Assembly: GCA_015234045.1 (NCBI GenBank)
Contig: JADFWU010000001.1
Location: forward strand, 127,943 to 191,942
DNA from: Magnetococcales bacterium
Lineage (GTDB): Bacteria; Pseudomonadota; Magnetococcia; Magnetococcales; JADFWU01
Length of the DNA: 64,000 nt
Direction of reading: 5' to 3'
Shown here in pieces: positions 38,836 to 47,793 of the stretch; position 1 is the first letter of the stretch; each line of letters opens with the position of its first letter. Below the pieces are notes generated by a model, which was not told where the DNA came from, ran no database searches, and saw only the letters and a list, made by a program, of their open reading frames with translations. The position numbers were made by a program, and so were the translations under genes.

Positions 38836-40356
38836 GTGAAAGCGGGTTTCAAAGTCTTTCGGGATGCGGTGCATAACATGATCTCTCTGTGTCGGGAGAC
38901 AACAGCACCAGCCGCTGATCCGGTGGACTGGGGCGATGCGCTGCTGTTAGATCTTATTGATACACCAGAGATGCAGCGACTGCGCCGTATTCAACAATTA
39001 GGGCCTGCGTCACGGGTCTATCCTTCCGCAGAACACAGTCGATTTTCTCATGCACTGGGTGTGATGCATCTGACAAAGCGGATTCTTGATGCTTTATTGA
39101 GCCGCGAGCCTGGTCTGTTGAATCGGGAAGAGCTTCTTCAAGTCAAGGTGGCCGCCTTACTGCATGATATTGGGCATGGTCCATACTCGCATCTTTTTGA
39201 AATGAGTCATCCAAGGCTGGGTTCGCATGAGTCATGGAGTTGGCGGATTGTTTCGGAATCCAAAGGAGTCGGGCAGGCCATACACAGTTTTTGTATGGCG
39301 CGTAACCTGGATGGCGCGCGTTTTTTTCAGGGCTTGAAATCCTTGATGGGTGGTATTGAACAGCCAGCCGGAAACATGCGTTTAGGTCGGCAGATAATTG
39401 CCAGTCAGTTGGATGCTGATCGAATGGATTATCTGCTTCGAGATGCCCACTTTTCAGGTGTTTCGTACGGTGTATACGATCTTGAATGGCTATTGCACAG
39501 TCTGCGCGTGCAGCAAATGGATGGTTTGCCGAGACTCTGTGTAGATATCGGACGCGGACCCGCAGCACTGGAGAGTTACATCACCGCACGGGATCACATG
39601 TATCGTCAGGTCTATGATCATAAGACGGTACGCGCTTTTGAGGCGTTGATGACCCATATTTTCCAGACCATCTACTGGCACTGGCAGGAACACGGTCAAC
39701 CGCCGTCTGATTTGCCTGATATTCTTCACCGATTTTTGCAACATCTTCATGAAGAGCGTGATGCGCCATCAGTAGATGAGTATCTGGCATTGGATGATGC
39801 GGTGTTGGAATATGCATTGGGCATTTTGGCATCAAAAAACGATCCGCAGAGCGATACAGAAGCGGAATTGGTTTGGAAAGCGCGGCTATGGCGGGTTCGA
39901 AAGCCAGTCTATCGGCAAATATTTTGGCGCGTGGCTGGCAAAAGGGCGGAGAGTAGTCGGGTAGGCGTATCGGATCTGATCGTTGATCCACAGTTGGCCG
40001 ATCATTTGGAAACCTTTCTCAGCGCCATTGCTGATCAGACCATGAAAGTCGTTGAACCGAATGGACAAGAACGGCGTGTTCCACTGAGATTGCTGGTCTA
40101 TTTGGACCGTTTATCACGTTCGCCCTATGCCCATCTCCAGTATGATCCTGGTCAGGCGGAACCAGTCTATGTACTGGACAGTGCTGGTCAGGTGGTTCCG
40201 GCTGAGTCTGCATCCAGTCAGATCAATTTTCTCGGTCAGAATCGTCGGCGTGTTGCGCGACTGTTTGTTGATCCGCGTGCGGAGCAGGCTGTTACCATTC
40301 TGCTTCGCGAACAGCTGGGTGAACCGGACCTTTGGCCGGTGATTCCTGGATCGTGA
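38836..40356 (+). CDS. HD-superfamily phosphohydrolase, SAMHD1/COG1078-like (putative dNTP triphosphohydrolase family)
   Basis: The N-terminus FRDAVHNMISL, SRFSHALGVMHL and AALLHDIGHGPYSH (HD motif) are present, then DADRMDYLLRD. A ~300-aa C-terminal region follows. The start codon is GTG. Confidence 0.8.
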   Translation: MKAGFKVFRDAVHNMISLCRETTAPAADPVDWGDALLLDLIDTPEMQRLRRIQQLGPASRVYPSAEHSRFSHALGVMHLTKRILDALLSREPGLLNREELLQVKVAALLHDIGHGPYSHLFEMSHPRLGSHESWSWRIVSESKGVGQAIHSFCMARNLDGARFFQGLKSLMGGIEQPAGNMRLGRQIIASQLDADRMDYLLRDAHFSGVSYGVYDLEWLLHSLRVQQMDGLPRLCVDIGRGPAALESYITARDHMYRQVYDHKTVRAFEALMTHIFQTIYWHWQEHGQPPSDLPDILHRFLQHLHEERDAPSVDEYLALDDAVLEYALGILASKNDPQSDTEAELVWKARLWRVRKPVYRQIFWRVAGKRAESSRVGVSDLIVDPQLADHLETFLSAIADQTMKVVEPNGQERRVPLRLLVYLDRLSRSPYAHLQYDPGQAEPVYVLDSAGQVVPAESASSQINFLGQNRRRVARLFVDPRAEQAVTILLREQLGEPDLWPVIPGS

Positions 40357-41567
40357 AACCGTTCTCTCTCTGCATTGTCAGATTACAGCTATTTTTCAAA
40401 GGCTGTTTTGTTGGTCAATCTGGCGCGATTACACCACTGTTGCTGGCGGCTATTGCTGGCGTTGTCGGAATGATCTTACCGCTTATGCCGATTCCCATTG
40501 AGAAAAATGTACGCTACCAACTGCCGGTTGGGACTGTTATTTCATCGAATCAACTGATGGAACAGCTATCCGTAGTGCCGGTGGTTCTGGTCGGTGAGAC
40601 CCATGATCAGGTGGCGCATCACCGTGTTCAACTTGATGTGTTGAAGGGATTGCACGCGCGTGGCCAAAACATTGCCGTAGGCATGGAGATGTTCCATCGG
40701 GATCAACAATCTGTTTTAGAGGCTTGGACTGCTGGCAAGTTGAGTGAGTCGGCTTTTCTGGATCAAACCGAATGGTATTTCAACTGGGGTATGGATCCAG
40801 ATCTGTACTGGCCGATTTTGCGCTGGTTGCGTGATGAAAAAATTGATCTGTTCGCACTCAATGTGCCGAGAAACAGTATTCGCACGGTAAGAATGATGGG
40901 ATTGGAGGGGCTCTCCGAGTCTCAAAGAGAGTATATCCCACCGATCCAACCGGCCACACAATCCTATCGGAACAGGTTGCATACACTGTTTGAACAGCAT
41001 GCTGCCATGATGAAAATGGCACGCAGTAATGTGGTGTTTGACCGGTTTGTACTGGCGCAAACCGTGTGGGATGGTGTCATGGCTTCTGCTATTGTTGACT
41101 ATCGAAAACAGCATCCTGAGTCAACTGTCATTGGGTTGGTTGGTTCGGGGCATTTGCGTTTTGCTGAAGGCATACCGCATCAGCTGAAAGGATTGGGGCA
41201 ACAGGATCATAGGACGGTGTTACCATGGGGTGATGATGAGACTTGGCCAGCGCCTCAAGTCAGTGATTATATCTGGGGCGTTGTTGGTGATCTACCGTGG
41301 CCGGAACCGATACGTTTGGGAGTGGGTTTGCCTGAACAGGACGACCCGTTATCCGGCGTTGTCATTACATCGGTATCGGAAAACAGTATCGGAGAGAAAT
41401 TAGGTTTGAATGCGCAGGATCGTATTATAAAAATCAATGGAATGTCAATAACAGGCCGACACATGATGGTGCGGTTGATTCGTAGTCTGGAAGAAGATAG
41501 CGTGCTTTCCGTAACGTTCGAAAGAGAAGGTGTGCAAAACGTGAATACGCTGGAATCAATTCGGTAG
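40353..41567 (+). CDS. ChaN/Tiki-superfamily (DUF399) protein with a C-terminal PDZ domain
   Basis: VVLVGETHDQVAHHRVQ is the typical ChaN N-terminal block. The C-terminus is PDZ-like (GVVITSVSENSIGEKLGLNAQDRIIKING). A hydrophobic N-terminus is present. GTG 40353 overlaps the upstream TGA (GTGA); TTG 40332 is an alternative start. Confidence 0.6.
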   Translation: MKPFSLCIVRLQLFFKGCFVGQSGAITPLLLAAIAGVVGMILPLMPIPIEKNVRYQLPVGTVISSNQLMEQLSVVPVVLVGETHDQVAHHRVQLDVLKGLHARGQNIAVGMEMFHRDQQSVLEAWTAGKLSESAFLDQTEWYFNWGMDPDLYWPILRWLRDEKIDLFALNVPRNSIRTVRMMGLEGLSESQREYIPPIQPATQSYRNRLHTLFEQHAAMMKMARSNVVFDRFVLAQTVWDGVMASAIVDYRKQHPESTVIGLVGSGHLRFAEGIPHQLKGLGQQDHRTVLPWGDDETWPAPQVSDYIWGVVGDLPWPEPIRLGVGLPEQDDPLSGVVITSVSENSIGEKLGLNAQDRIIKINGMSITGRHMMVRLIRSLEEDSVLSVTFEREGVQNVNTLESIR

Positions 41568-41778
41568 AAATGTTGCGCTGGCGGAGGAGGGGTGTATTAT
41601 TGGAATAATCTGATTTATTGTTACATTATCCACCATGAAAACGGTATGGCAAATTTCATGAACAATTGAAGAAAATTGTCTTTCTTTCTTCTATTAATCG
41701 CATTTCAATGAAAATGTTGGACTCAGTGTTAAGTGGTTTCTTACCAGGCAATAAATAAGAGATCACAGGGGAGAGTAC

Positions 41779-43629
41779 ATGAAACGCTGGCTGATGTTAT
41801 TTGTCTCAGTCATCTCTGTACTGATAGGGATCTATCCGGTTATCAGTAGCAGTCAGGCGCAGACAAATGAGGATGTAAATAATCCTTATCGTTCCAGCCA
41901 TGCGTTGATTATTGGCGGGTCCAGCTATGGTGCTGGCTGGCCTACGTCCATACGATTTCGGCGAAAAATGCAGAAGTTAGGCTGGTTCCTCCATGAACAG
42001 GGATTTCGAGTCACTACTATAGAAGAACCTGTTTCTGATAATTTTGTTGAAGCATTTCACTCCTTTTTCAAAACCTTTTCCAGTCATCCTGACCACCAGA
42101 TATTGATCTATTTCGGTGGTCATAGTGTGGTGTTGCCAGATCGTGAAGAGAGTTATCTGGTGCCCATGGATGCGCCTCCACCAGATGTTGACCGTGACAC
42201 TTTTTTAAAAAAAGCGTTACCGTTTTCCAAGTTGTTCGAGTGGAGTCGTAAACTGTCTGCACGCCATGTATTGTTTGTTGTAGAGGGTCCTGTTTTTCAT
42301 GAGATTTTCCGTCGTGAACAGGGGGATCAACGTTCTCATGCGCTTGGTAGTGAATCCATGAATGCCAGTCGTGAGGTGCTTTCGCGTTTGCCAGCATTTC
42401 GGACAGAGGGAAAGCCTTTTTTAGCGGATGGATTGGTACAAGGATTAGCCGGCGGTCGTGCAGACCAGAATGGCGATGGTTATATTACCGGCGCGGAGTT
42501 GGCTTGGTATCTCAGGCAGGATCTCGGCGGTGGTTTTCCTGTCAATTATGGCCGTCTCGGAGTGGATGGCGCTTTTCCAGGGCAGTGGTTGTTCACGGTT
42601 AAAGGACCCTATGCACCCGCTGTTCAACAAACTGTAGCCGTGGTAGCAGAACAACAAACCGTTGCCCAAATAGTGCCTGAACCAACTCAGCAACAGCACC
42701 CTCTCAAGTCAACACGACCGACACCTCAACGTGTCCAGAATAACAAACCCGTTCAGGGAGGTTCCAATTCGCTGTTGGCTTCCGTACATAAAGAGGTGAG
42801 CAAAGTCCAATCCATCGCTCCTTCTCAAATGACTCAACAGGAAACAGAGCACGCTTCAAAAGTGACTCAACAGGAAACAGAGCACGCTTCAAAAGTGACT
42901 CAACAGGAAATAGAGCGCTCTTCAGCACCCAAAGTTTGGAAAGAAGCACTTACGCAGATGAGCTTCAGTTTTGCTCCTGGTGGATGTTTCTTCGTTGGTA
43001 GTCCTGTTACGGAAGTGGGCCGGGATAAAGACGAATATATTAAAGAGGTGTGTGTTGATCCATTTTGGATTGCACAACATGAGGTGACACAGGGGCAATG
43101 GAATCATTTCATGTCTGGCGACCCTTCGCGCTTGAAACTGGGGCCACAGTGGCCGGTTGATGGTGTCAGTTGGTTTCAGGCTAAGAAATTCATTGAGCTG
43201 ATGAATGATAAAACAGGTGGTGGATTTCGGCTACCAACAGAGGCCGAATGGGCGTATGCCTGTCGTCTGGGACAACAGGAGCAACGCTATGCAGGTAGTA
43301 ATACTGTAAGCCAAATTGCATGGTACGGAAAAAACAGTGCGTCAGGTCCTAAAAAGGTTGGCCGGAAACAGCCTAATGGTTTGGGATTGTTTGATATGAG
43401 TGGCAATGTCTGGGAGTGGGTTGAAGACCACTATCAGAGTGATTATTTCAAAACTGCACCGAAACATAATCCTGTTAATTTAAGTATCACTCATCGTTCA
43501 AAACGGGCTTTGCGCGGTGGCGCTTATAACAGCAAGGAAAAACATTTGCGTTGTGCAAACCGTTTCCCTTATCCACCGGAAAAATCATTAAATAGCATTG
43601 GATTTAGGTTGGCTCGGACAGTGCGATAA
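41779..43629 (+). CDS. Secreted caspase-like (peptidase C14 fold) / FGE-sulfatase (SUMF1) domain fusion protein
   Basis: A signal peptide is present. The caspase His block is ILIYFGGHS, but the expected D-x-C block reads FVVEGPVF. A Gln/Thr-rich linker carries 11-aa repeats. The C-terminal FGE-sulfatase motifs are RLPTEAEWAYACR, GNVWEWVEDHY, RGGAY and GFRLAR. Confidence 0.75.
   Translation: MKRWLMLFVSVISVLIGIYPVISSSQAQTNEDVNNPYRSSHALIIGGSSYGAGWPTSIRFRRKMQKLGWFLHEQGFRVTTIEEPVSDNFVEAFHSFFKTFSSHPDHQILIYFGGHSVVLPDREESYLVPMDAPPPDVDRDTFLKKALPFSKLFEWSRKLSARHVLFVVEGPVFHEIFRREQGDQRSHALGSESMNASREVLSRLPAFRTEGKPFLADGLVQGLAGGRADQNGDGYITGAELAWYLRQDLGGGFPVNYGRLGVDGAFPGQWLFTVKGPYAPAVQQTVAVVAEQQTVAQIVPEPTQQQHPLKSTRPTPQRVQNNKPVQGGSNSLLASVHKEVSKVQSIAPSQMTQQETEHASKVTQQETEHASKVTQQEIERSSAPKVWKEALTQMSFSFAPGGCFFVGSPVTEVGRDKDEYIKEVCVDPFWIAQHEVTQGQWNHFMSGDPSRLKLGPQWPVDGVSWFQAKKFIELMNDKTGGGFRLPTEAEWAYACRLGQQEQRYAGSNTVSQIAWYGKNSASGPKKVGRKQPNGLGLFDMSGNVWEWVEDHYQSDYFKTAPKHNPVNLSITHRSKRALRGGAYNSKEKHLRCANRFPYPPEKSLNSIGFRLARTVR
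42831..42920. repeat. Tandem 33-bp coding repeat (2.7 units)
   Basis: GACTCAACAGGAAACAGAGCACGCTTCAAAAGT occurs twice exactly, plus a diverged partial unit. It encodes TQQETEHASKV. Confidence 0.85.
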
Positions 43630-43636
43630 ATGGTCA

Positions 43637-44227
43637 TCATTTGAGTGGACGTTGGATGCTCAGAATAATCCTGGCAGGGTGGTCGTCATTGATTTGCCAG
43701 AGCAGGCCCCGCTCTTTTAGTCTGGGAAATAATAACTGGGGCATGCGGGCAAGATGCGCTGTCAGTTCTTCACCGGGTTTGAGAAATGTACAGGCTTCCA
43801 AGATACGTACCATAGGTTGTGGTGGTGGCAGGTCAATCAGATCCAGAAAACCATGACAGGGGCGTTGGTCCGAAAGATCAGCTGAATGTCTGCCTTTGGG
43901 TAATCGTTTGGCAATGGGGCTGTGTTGGTGAATAAAACCACTGTGAAACAGCGTTTCTTCCTTTAAAATGAGTATTGCAAAGCCACGGTCTGTCATTACA
44001 CGATACAGTGGGAACGGTTCAAAAGGGGTAAGCAGTTCTAACACGCCATCTTCCGGCAAACGATTGATCAGTGACATGATGGAGGCGAAGGGGTCTTGTC
44101 CTGTTTCCAGAATCGGACGACTATCCAGAAATAGGCGTTTTTGCACATCTATACTGTTTATAAAGGCATGCCATGTGTTGGCATCCAGATATGTTGGCTT
44201 ATCTACAATCAATTGAGTCATGAGCAT
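43637..44227 (-). CDS. Tandem DUF2249-like (TusA-fold) protein
   Basis: Two ~70-aa units show the pattern LD.R...P...I......L..G..L.L....P.PL. The family call is from memory only. Confidence 0.4.
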   Translation of the reverse strand: MLMTQLIVDKPTYLDANTWHAFINSIDVQKRLFLDSRPILETGQDPFASIMSLINRLPEDGVLELLTPFEPFPLYRVMTDRGFAILILKEETLFHSGFIHQHSPIAKRLPKGRHSADLSDQRPCHGFLDLIDLPPPQPMVRILEACTFLKPGEELTAHLARMPQLLFPRLKERGLLWQINDDHPARIILSIQRPLK

Positions 44228-44281
44228 AGAATATCATTATTATCTTTTTTTTGAAAAAAAATTGGGTGAGGCCGGCAGCCT

Positions 44282-44986
44282 ATGTCACAGTTAAATAAAG
44301 CGGTAAACAAAACAGTAAATAAAACCGCGCGTGCGGATCCTTTTGCGGCATTTATGAAGCTTAAGGGCAAGCCGTGTTTGATGATTGGTGGACAGGGTGA
44401 GGCAGCGGATAAAATCCAGGTGCTCTTACGGGCTGGTGCGGAAGTTACACTGGTTGCCGAAACAATGAGTTCAGAGATGTCACAGGTTCTAAAAGAACAT
44501 CCGGTAAATTGGCAACAAGTACCCTTTGCTCCACACCATCTGGATGGGGTTTGGTTGGTGGTCAGCACATTGACCGATGTTGTGCAGAATCGGACGCTGT
44601 TTGAGTTGGCCAGTGAACGTCAGATTTGGCTCAATGTGGTGGATCAACCTAAGAACTGCACCATTATTTGGCCAGCATTGGTGCATCGTTCTCCGATCAC
44701 CGTTGCCATTTCAACAGGCGGTGCAAGTCCCGCTTTGGCGGGATATCTACGCGCGTTAATCGAAAACCTTATTCCTCCTTCAATGGGTGAGTTGGCTTAT
44801 TGGCTCTCTGGTTGGCGGCGGCGTGTTGGGCCGAAATTGCCGGACCTGGCAGCGCGTGGTCAATTTTGGCGCGTGTTGTTTGAAAAAGGTCTACCGGATT
44901 GCTTCCTGAACGGTGATGTGAAAAATGCAGAGAAAATGATACGAAAACAGGCGGATATCTGGTCGGTTAAACTGGATGATTCATAA
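44282..44986 (+). CDS. Precorrin-2 dehydrogenase / sirohydrochlorin ferrochelatase (siroheme synthase N-terminal domain only)
   Basis: LKGKPCLMIGGQGEAADKIQVLLRAGAEVTLVA parallels the NAD-binding N-terminus of CysG/SirC/Met8. No methyltransferase domain is present. Confidence 0.7.
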   Translation: MSQLNKAVNKTVNKTARADPFAAFMKLKGKPCLMIGGQGEAADKIQVLLRAGAEVTLVAETMSSEMSQVLKEHPVNWQQVPFAPHHLDGVWLVVSTLTDVVQNRTLFELASERQIWLNVVDQPKNCTIIWPALVHRSPITVAISTGGASPALAGYLRALIENLIPPSMGELAYWLSGWRRRVGPKLPDLAARGQFWRVLFEKGLPDCFLNGDVKNAEKMIRKQADIWSVKLDDS

Positions 44987-45134
44987 TACCTCATTGACAT
45001 GGTCGCACTTTAGATCATGGAGTGTTGAATTGACCTCAATTTTTAGTATGATTATATTCACAGGTAGATATAAATAGAAAATATGCCTGGATTAATGTTC
45101 GTTTGTTAACGTCGTCTGATAGCTGGAGATCGCC

Positions 45135-45527
45135 ATGACTGAATCGAGCACTCTGTTTTCCGAACAGTCGCCAATTCTGGATCAGGACCGGCTGACTGAA
45201 CTATTGGAAGAGGTTGGAGACGAGGAGACGTTGGCGGCAATTTTTTCACTGTTTTTAGCGAAGCTTGCAGAGCGCGTCAGTGAGATTAAAAAGGCACTGA
45301 CAGATCAAAATGCCGAAGCGCTGCAAACAACAGCCCACACGTTGAAAGGGGCTTGTCAAAATATCGGAGCAACCCGAATGGCTGAAGGGTGTCTGAGTTT
45401 GGAAATGGCCGGGCGGAATAGTAGTATTCCCAGTCATCCTAACTTGATGGAACAGCTTTCCAATGAATCGAATGTCTTGGATTCGGTTCTGGAAGCTCAG
45501 ATAGAAAAGCTGGAAGCAGTTGGTTAG
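45135..45527 (+). CDS. Stand-alone Hpt phosphotransfer protein
   Basis: The canonical AHTLKGACQNIGA histidine block is present. Confidence 0.7.
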   Translation: MTESSTLFSEQSPILDQDRLTELLEEVGDEETLAAIFSLFLAKLAERVSEIKKALTDQNAEALQTTAHTLKGACQNIGATRMAEGCLSLEMAGRNSSIPSHPNLMEQLSNESNVLDSVLEAQIEKLEAVG

Positions 45528-45674
45528 TTGATGCGTGTAATTTAGTTGTTGGCTTTGATTGATTTATTACCCAAACTGTTGTTACTTCGGGTAACCCCAT
45601 GCTATTACCTGAAAAAATGATTGTTTGGCTGTCGTTATAAATGATCCCGAAGGGATCTTTCTGGGGGAAACTTC

Positions 45675-45986
45675 ATGAGTGCTGAAACTGGTCCGATAGT
45701 GGTACATCCCGACCCGGATCTTGAGGATATCATTCCTGGCTATCTGGATAATCGTCGTAATGAATTGCCTGCCTTGAAAACGGCTTTGGCTGATAACGAT
45801 TTCGAAACATTGAAAATCCTGGGACATCGTATGAAAGGTTCCGGGGCTGGATATGGTTTTGATGGTATTACTGATATCGGCTTTATCATTGAGATGGGTG
45901 CGCGGGACGAAAATAGTGAGGCCATTGCTTCGGGTATTGAGCAATTGCTTTCCTATCTGGAACGGGTTGAAGTGGTTTATGAGTAG
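45675..45986 (+). CDS. Stand-alone Hpt-like phosphotransfer protein
   Basis: The block ILGHRMKGSGAGYGF is present in a ~100-aa helical protein. The longer antisense ORF 45582..46070 lacks any protein-like pattern. Confidence 0.6.
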   Translation: MSAETGPIVVHPDPDLEDIIPGYLDNRRNELPALKTALADNDFETLKILGHRMKGSGAGYGFDGITDIGFIIEMGARDENSEAIASGIEQLLSYLERVEVVYE

Positions 45987-46056
45987 CAGTAGATCCGCTG
46001 ATGTGGTGATCTTTCGGGCTACATTTTTACTTTGAGATTGATATAGGCTTTTCCTT

Positions 46057-47793
46057 ATGGCGAGTGCCATGTCCGGTTATGATAGCCCGCATATTTTAAT
46101 TATTGATGACTCGCCTGATGATCGTCTGTTGCTTCGGACTATTCTGACGAAATCGGGTTATAAGAATCTTCGCATGGCAGAGTCTGCCAAAGCGGCTTTT
46201 CGAATAATGGGTATTGAGGGAAATGATCCCACAGAAGCCAGAGTGGATATTATCCTTCTGGATGTCATGATGCCCGCAATGGATGGTCTTGAAGCGCTGG
46301 AGAAAATTAAATCCACGCCTTCAGTATGTGATATTCCTGTGGTAATGGTCACGGGAAACACCAGAGTAAAAGATCTTGCCGCGGCTTTTTCTTTGGGGGC
46401 TATGGACTATATCAATAAGCCCTATAACAAGATGGAGTTGCTGGCGCGGATCAGTGCTGTTGTCTCTGTCCAGAGGGCTGGAAGGCAGGTTAAAGCCAGT
46501 GAGCAGCGACTCCGTGATTTGACCTCAGCACTGGCCGAAGGGCTAATGAGCACGGACAAAGAGGGCAATATTCTTTTTCTTAATCCGGCTGGTGAAACGT
46601 TGCTTGGATGGCAAGAGTCTGACGTTGTAGGCAAACAGATTGTTGATCTGTTATGTATCCGCAATGAAGGCCATCTTGATATGCGTTGTGCGTTTCTAGA
46701 ACAGATCCTTTCTCATTCCATATCCCAGTTGACTGGTGAAGTCACTTTTACCAGAAAAGACAAATCCCGATTTCCTGTTTCATATACTGCTGCAAGCATG
46801 ATGAATGAAAATGAGGTCATAGGCAGTGTGATCTCATTCAAGGATGTTACGCACAGGAAAAAAGCCGAGGCGCGTTTGCGTTTGGCTGCCAGTGTCATGG
46901 ATAACAGTCAGGAAGGGATCATGATTGTCTCTCCTGATGCAAAGATCCAAGAGGTGAACCCTGCTTTTTCTGTGATTACTGGTTATAGCCGTGAAGAGGC
47001 GTTGGGTAATAACCCGAGCATGCTGAAATCCGGTCGTCATGACGCGACCTTTTTTAATGAATTGTGGAACACTCTGGTGGTGGATGATTGTTGGAAAGGT
47101 GAGATCTGGAACCGCCGTAAATGTGGCGAAGTCTATCCTCAATGGCTGAGTATCTCAACCATCCGTGATGATCGGGATCGCATCACCCATTATGTTGGGC
47201 TTTTCTCTGATATCACTGCTCGCAAAGAGGCTGAACAACGGCTGACACATCAAGCCTATCATGATTTACTGACTGGTTTGCCCAACCGTATGCTGTTACA
47301 GGATCGTTTGCGAAAGGCGATTGACCAAGCCACACGAAAAAGCAGTTATGTCGGCATTTTATATATGGATTTGGACCGATTCAAGCCCATCAATGACACG
47401 TTAGGTCATGAGGCGGGTGATTCGGTACTGCGGATTATTTCCGAACGTTTGAAAAAACTGGTTCGCGCCAGTGATACTGCTGCACGGGTAGGTGGTGACG
47501 AATTTGTTGTGGTATTGGACGAGGTAAGCGGTGCTGAAGATGTAACGCCAGTAGCTGATAAGATTATCCAGTCAATTTCCCAGGAAATTCATCTGGATGA
47601 TGGAGAAATCTGTTCTGTTGGCACCAGTGTGGGCATGGTACTGTTTCCAAAGGATGGCGACGATCCTGATTTATTACTCAAACGTGCTGATGAAGCGATG
47701 TATGCAGCAAAACGTGCTGGCCGACAGTGTTGGCGTTGGTGGAGTGAAGAGTTGTCCAATATTAAAGAAGGGTCTGGAGGGGCGCGTTCGTGA
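46057..47793 (+). CDS. Response regulator-PAS-PAS-GGDEF diguanylate cyclase
   Basis: REC (ILIIDDS...LLDVMMPAMDG), two PAS units and an intact GGDEF motif (RVGGDEFVV) are present. Confidence 0.85.
   Translation: MASAMSGYDSPHILIIDDSPDDRLLLRTILTKSGYKNLRMAESAKAAFRIMGIEGNDPTEARVDIILLDVMMPAMDGLEALEKIKSTPSVCDIPVVMVTGNTRVKDLAAAFSLGAMDYINKPYNKMELLARISAVVSVQRAGRQVKASEQRLRDLTSALAEGLMSTDKEGNILFLNPAGETLLGWQESDVVGKQIVDLLCIRNEGHLDMRCAFLEQILSHSISQLTGEVTFTRKDKSRFPVSYTAASMMNENEVIGSVISFKDVTHRKKAEARLRLAASVMDNSQEGIMIVSPDAKIQEVNPAFSVITGYSREEALGNNPSMLKSGRHDATFFNELWNTLVVDDCWKGEIWNRRKCGEVYPQWLSISTIRDDRDRITHYVGLFSDITARKEAEQRLTHQAYHDLLTGLPNRMLLQDRLRKAIDQATRKSSYVGILYMDLDRFKPINDTLGHEAGDSVLRIISERLKKLVRASDTAARVGGDEFVVVLDEVSGAEDVTPVADKIIQSISQEIHLDDGEICSVGTSVGMVLFPKDGDDPDLLLKRADEAMYAAKRAGRQCWRWWSEELSNIKEGSGGARS

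Noticed and set aside
41779-43629. Diversity-generating retroelement targeting the FGE-sulfatase (C-type-lectin-fold) C-terminus
   Set aside because: No reverse transcriptase gene is in the window. I could find no second, template-repeat copy of the 3' end of the gene nearby.
45582-46070. 162-aa - strand ORF overlapping the second Hpt gene
   Set aside because: The + strand 103-aa product has the Hpt histidine block and a helical pattern. The antisense product has no recognisable features.
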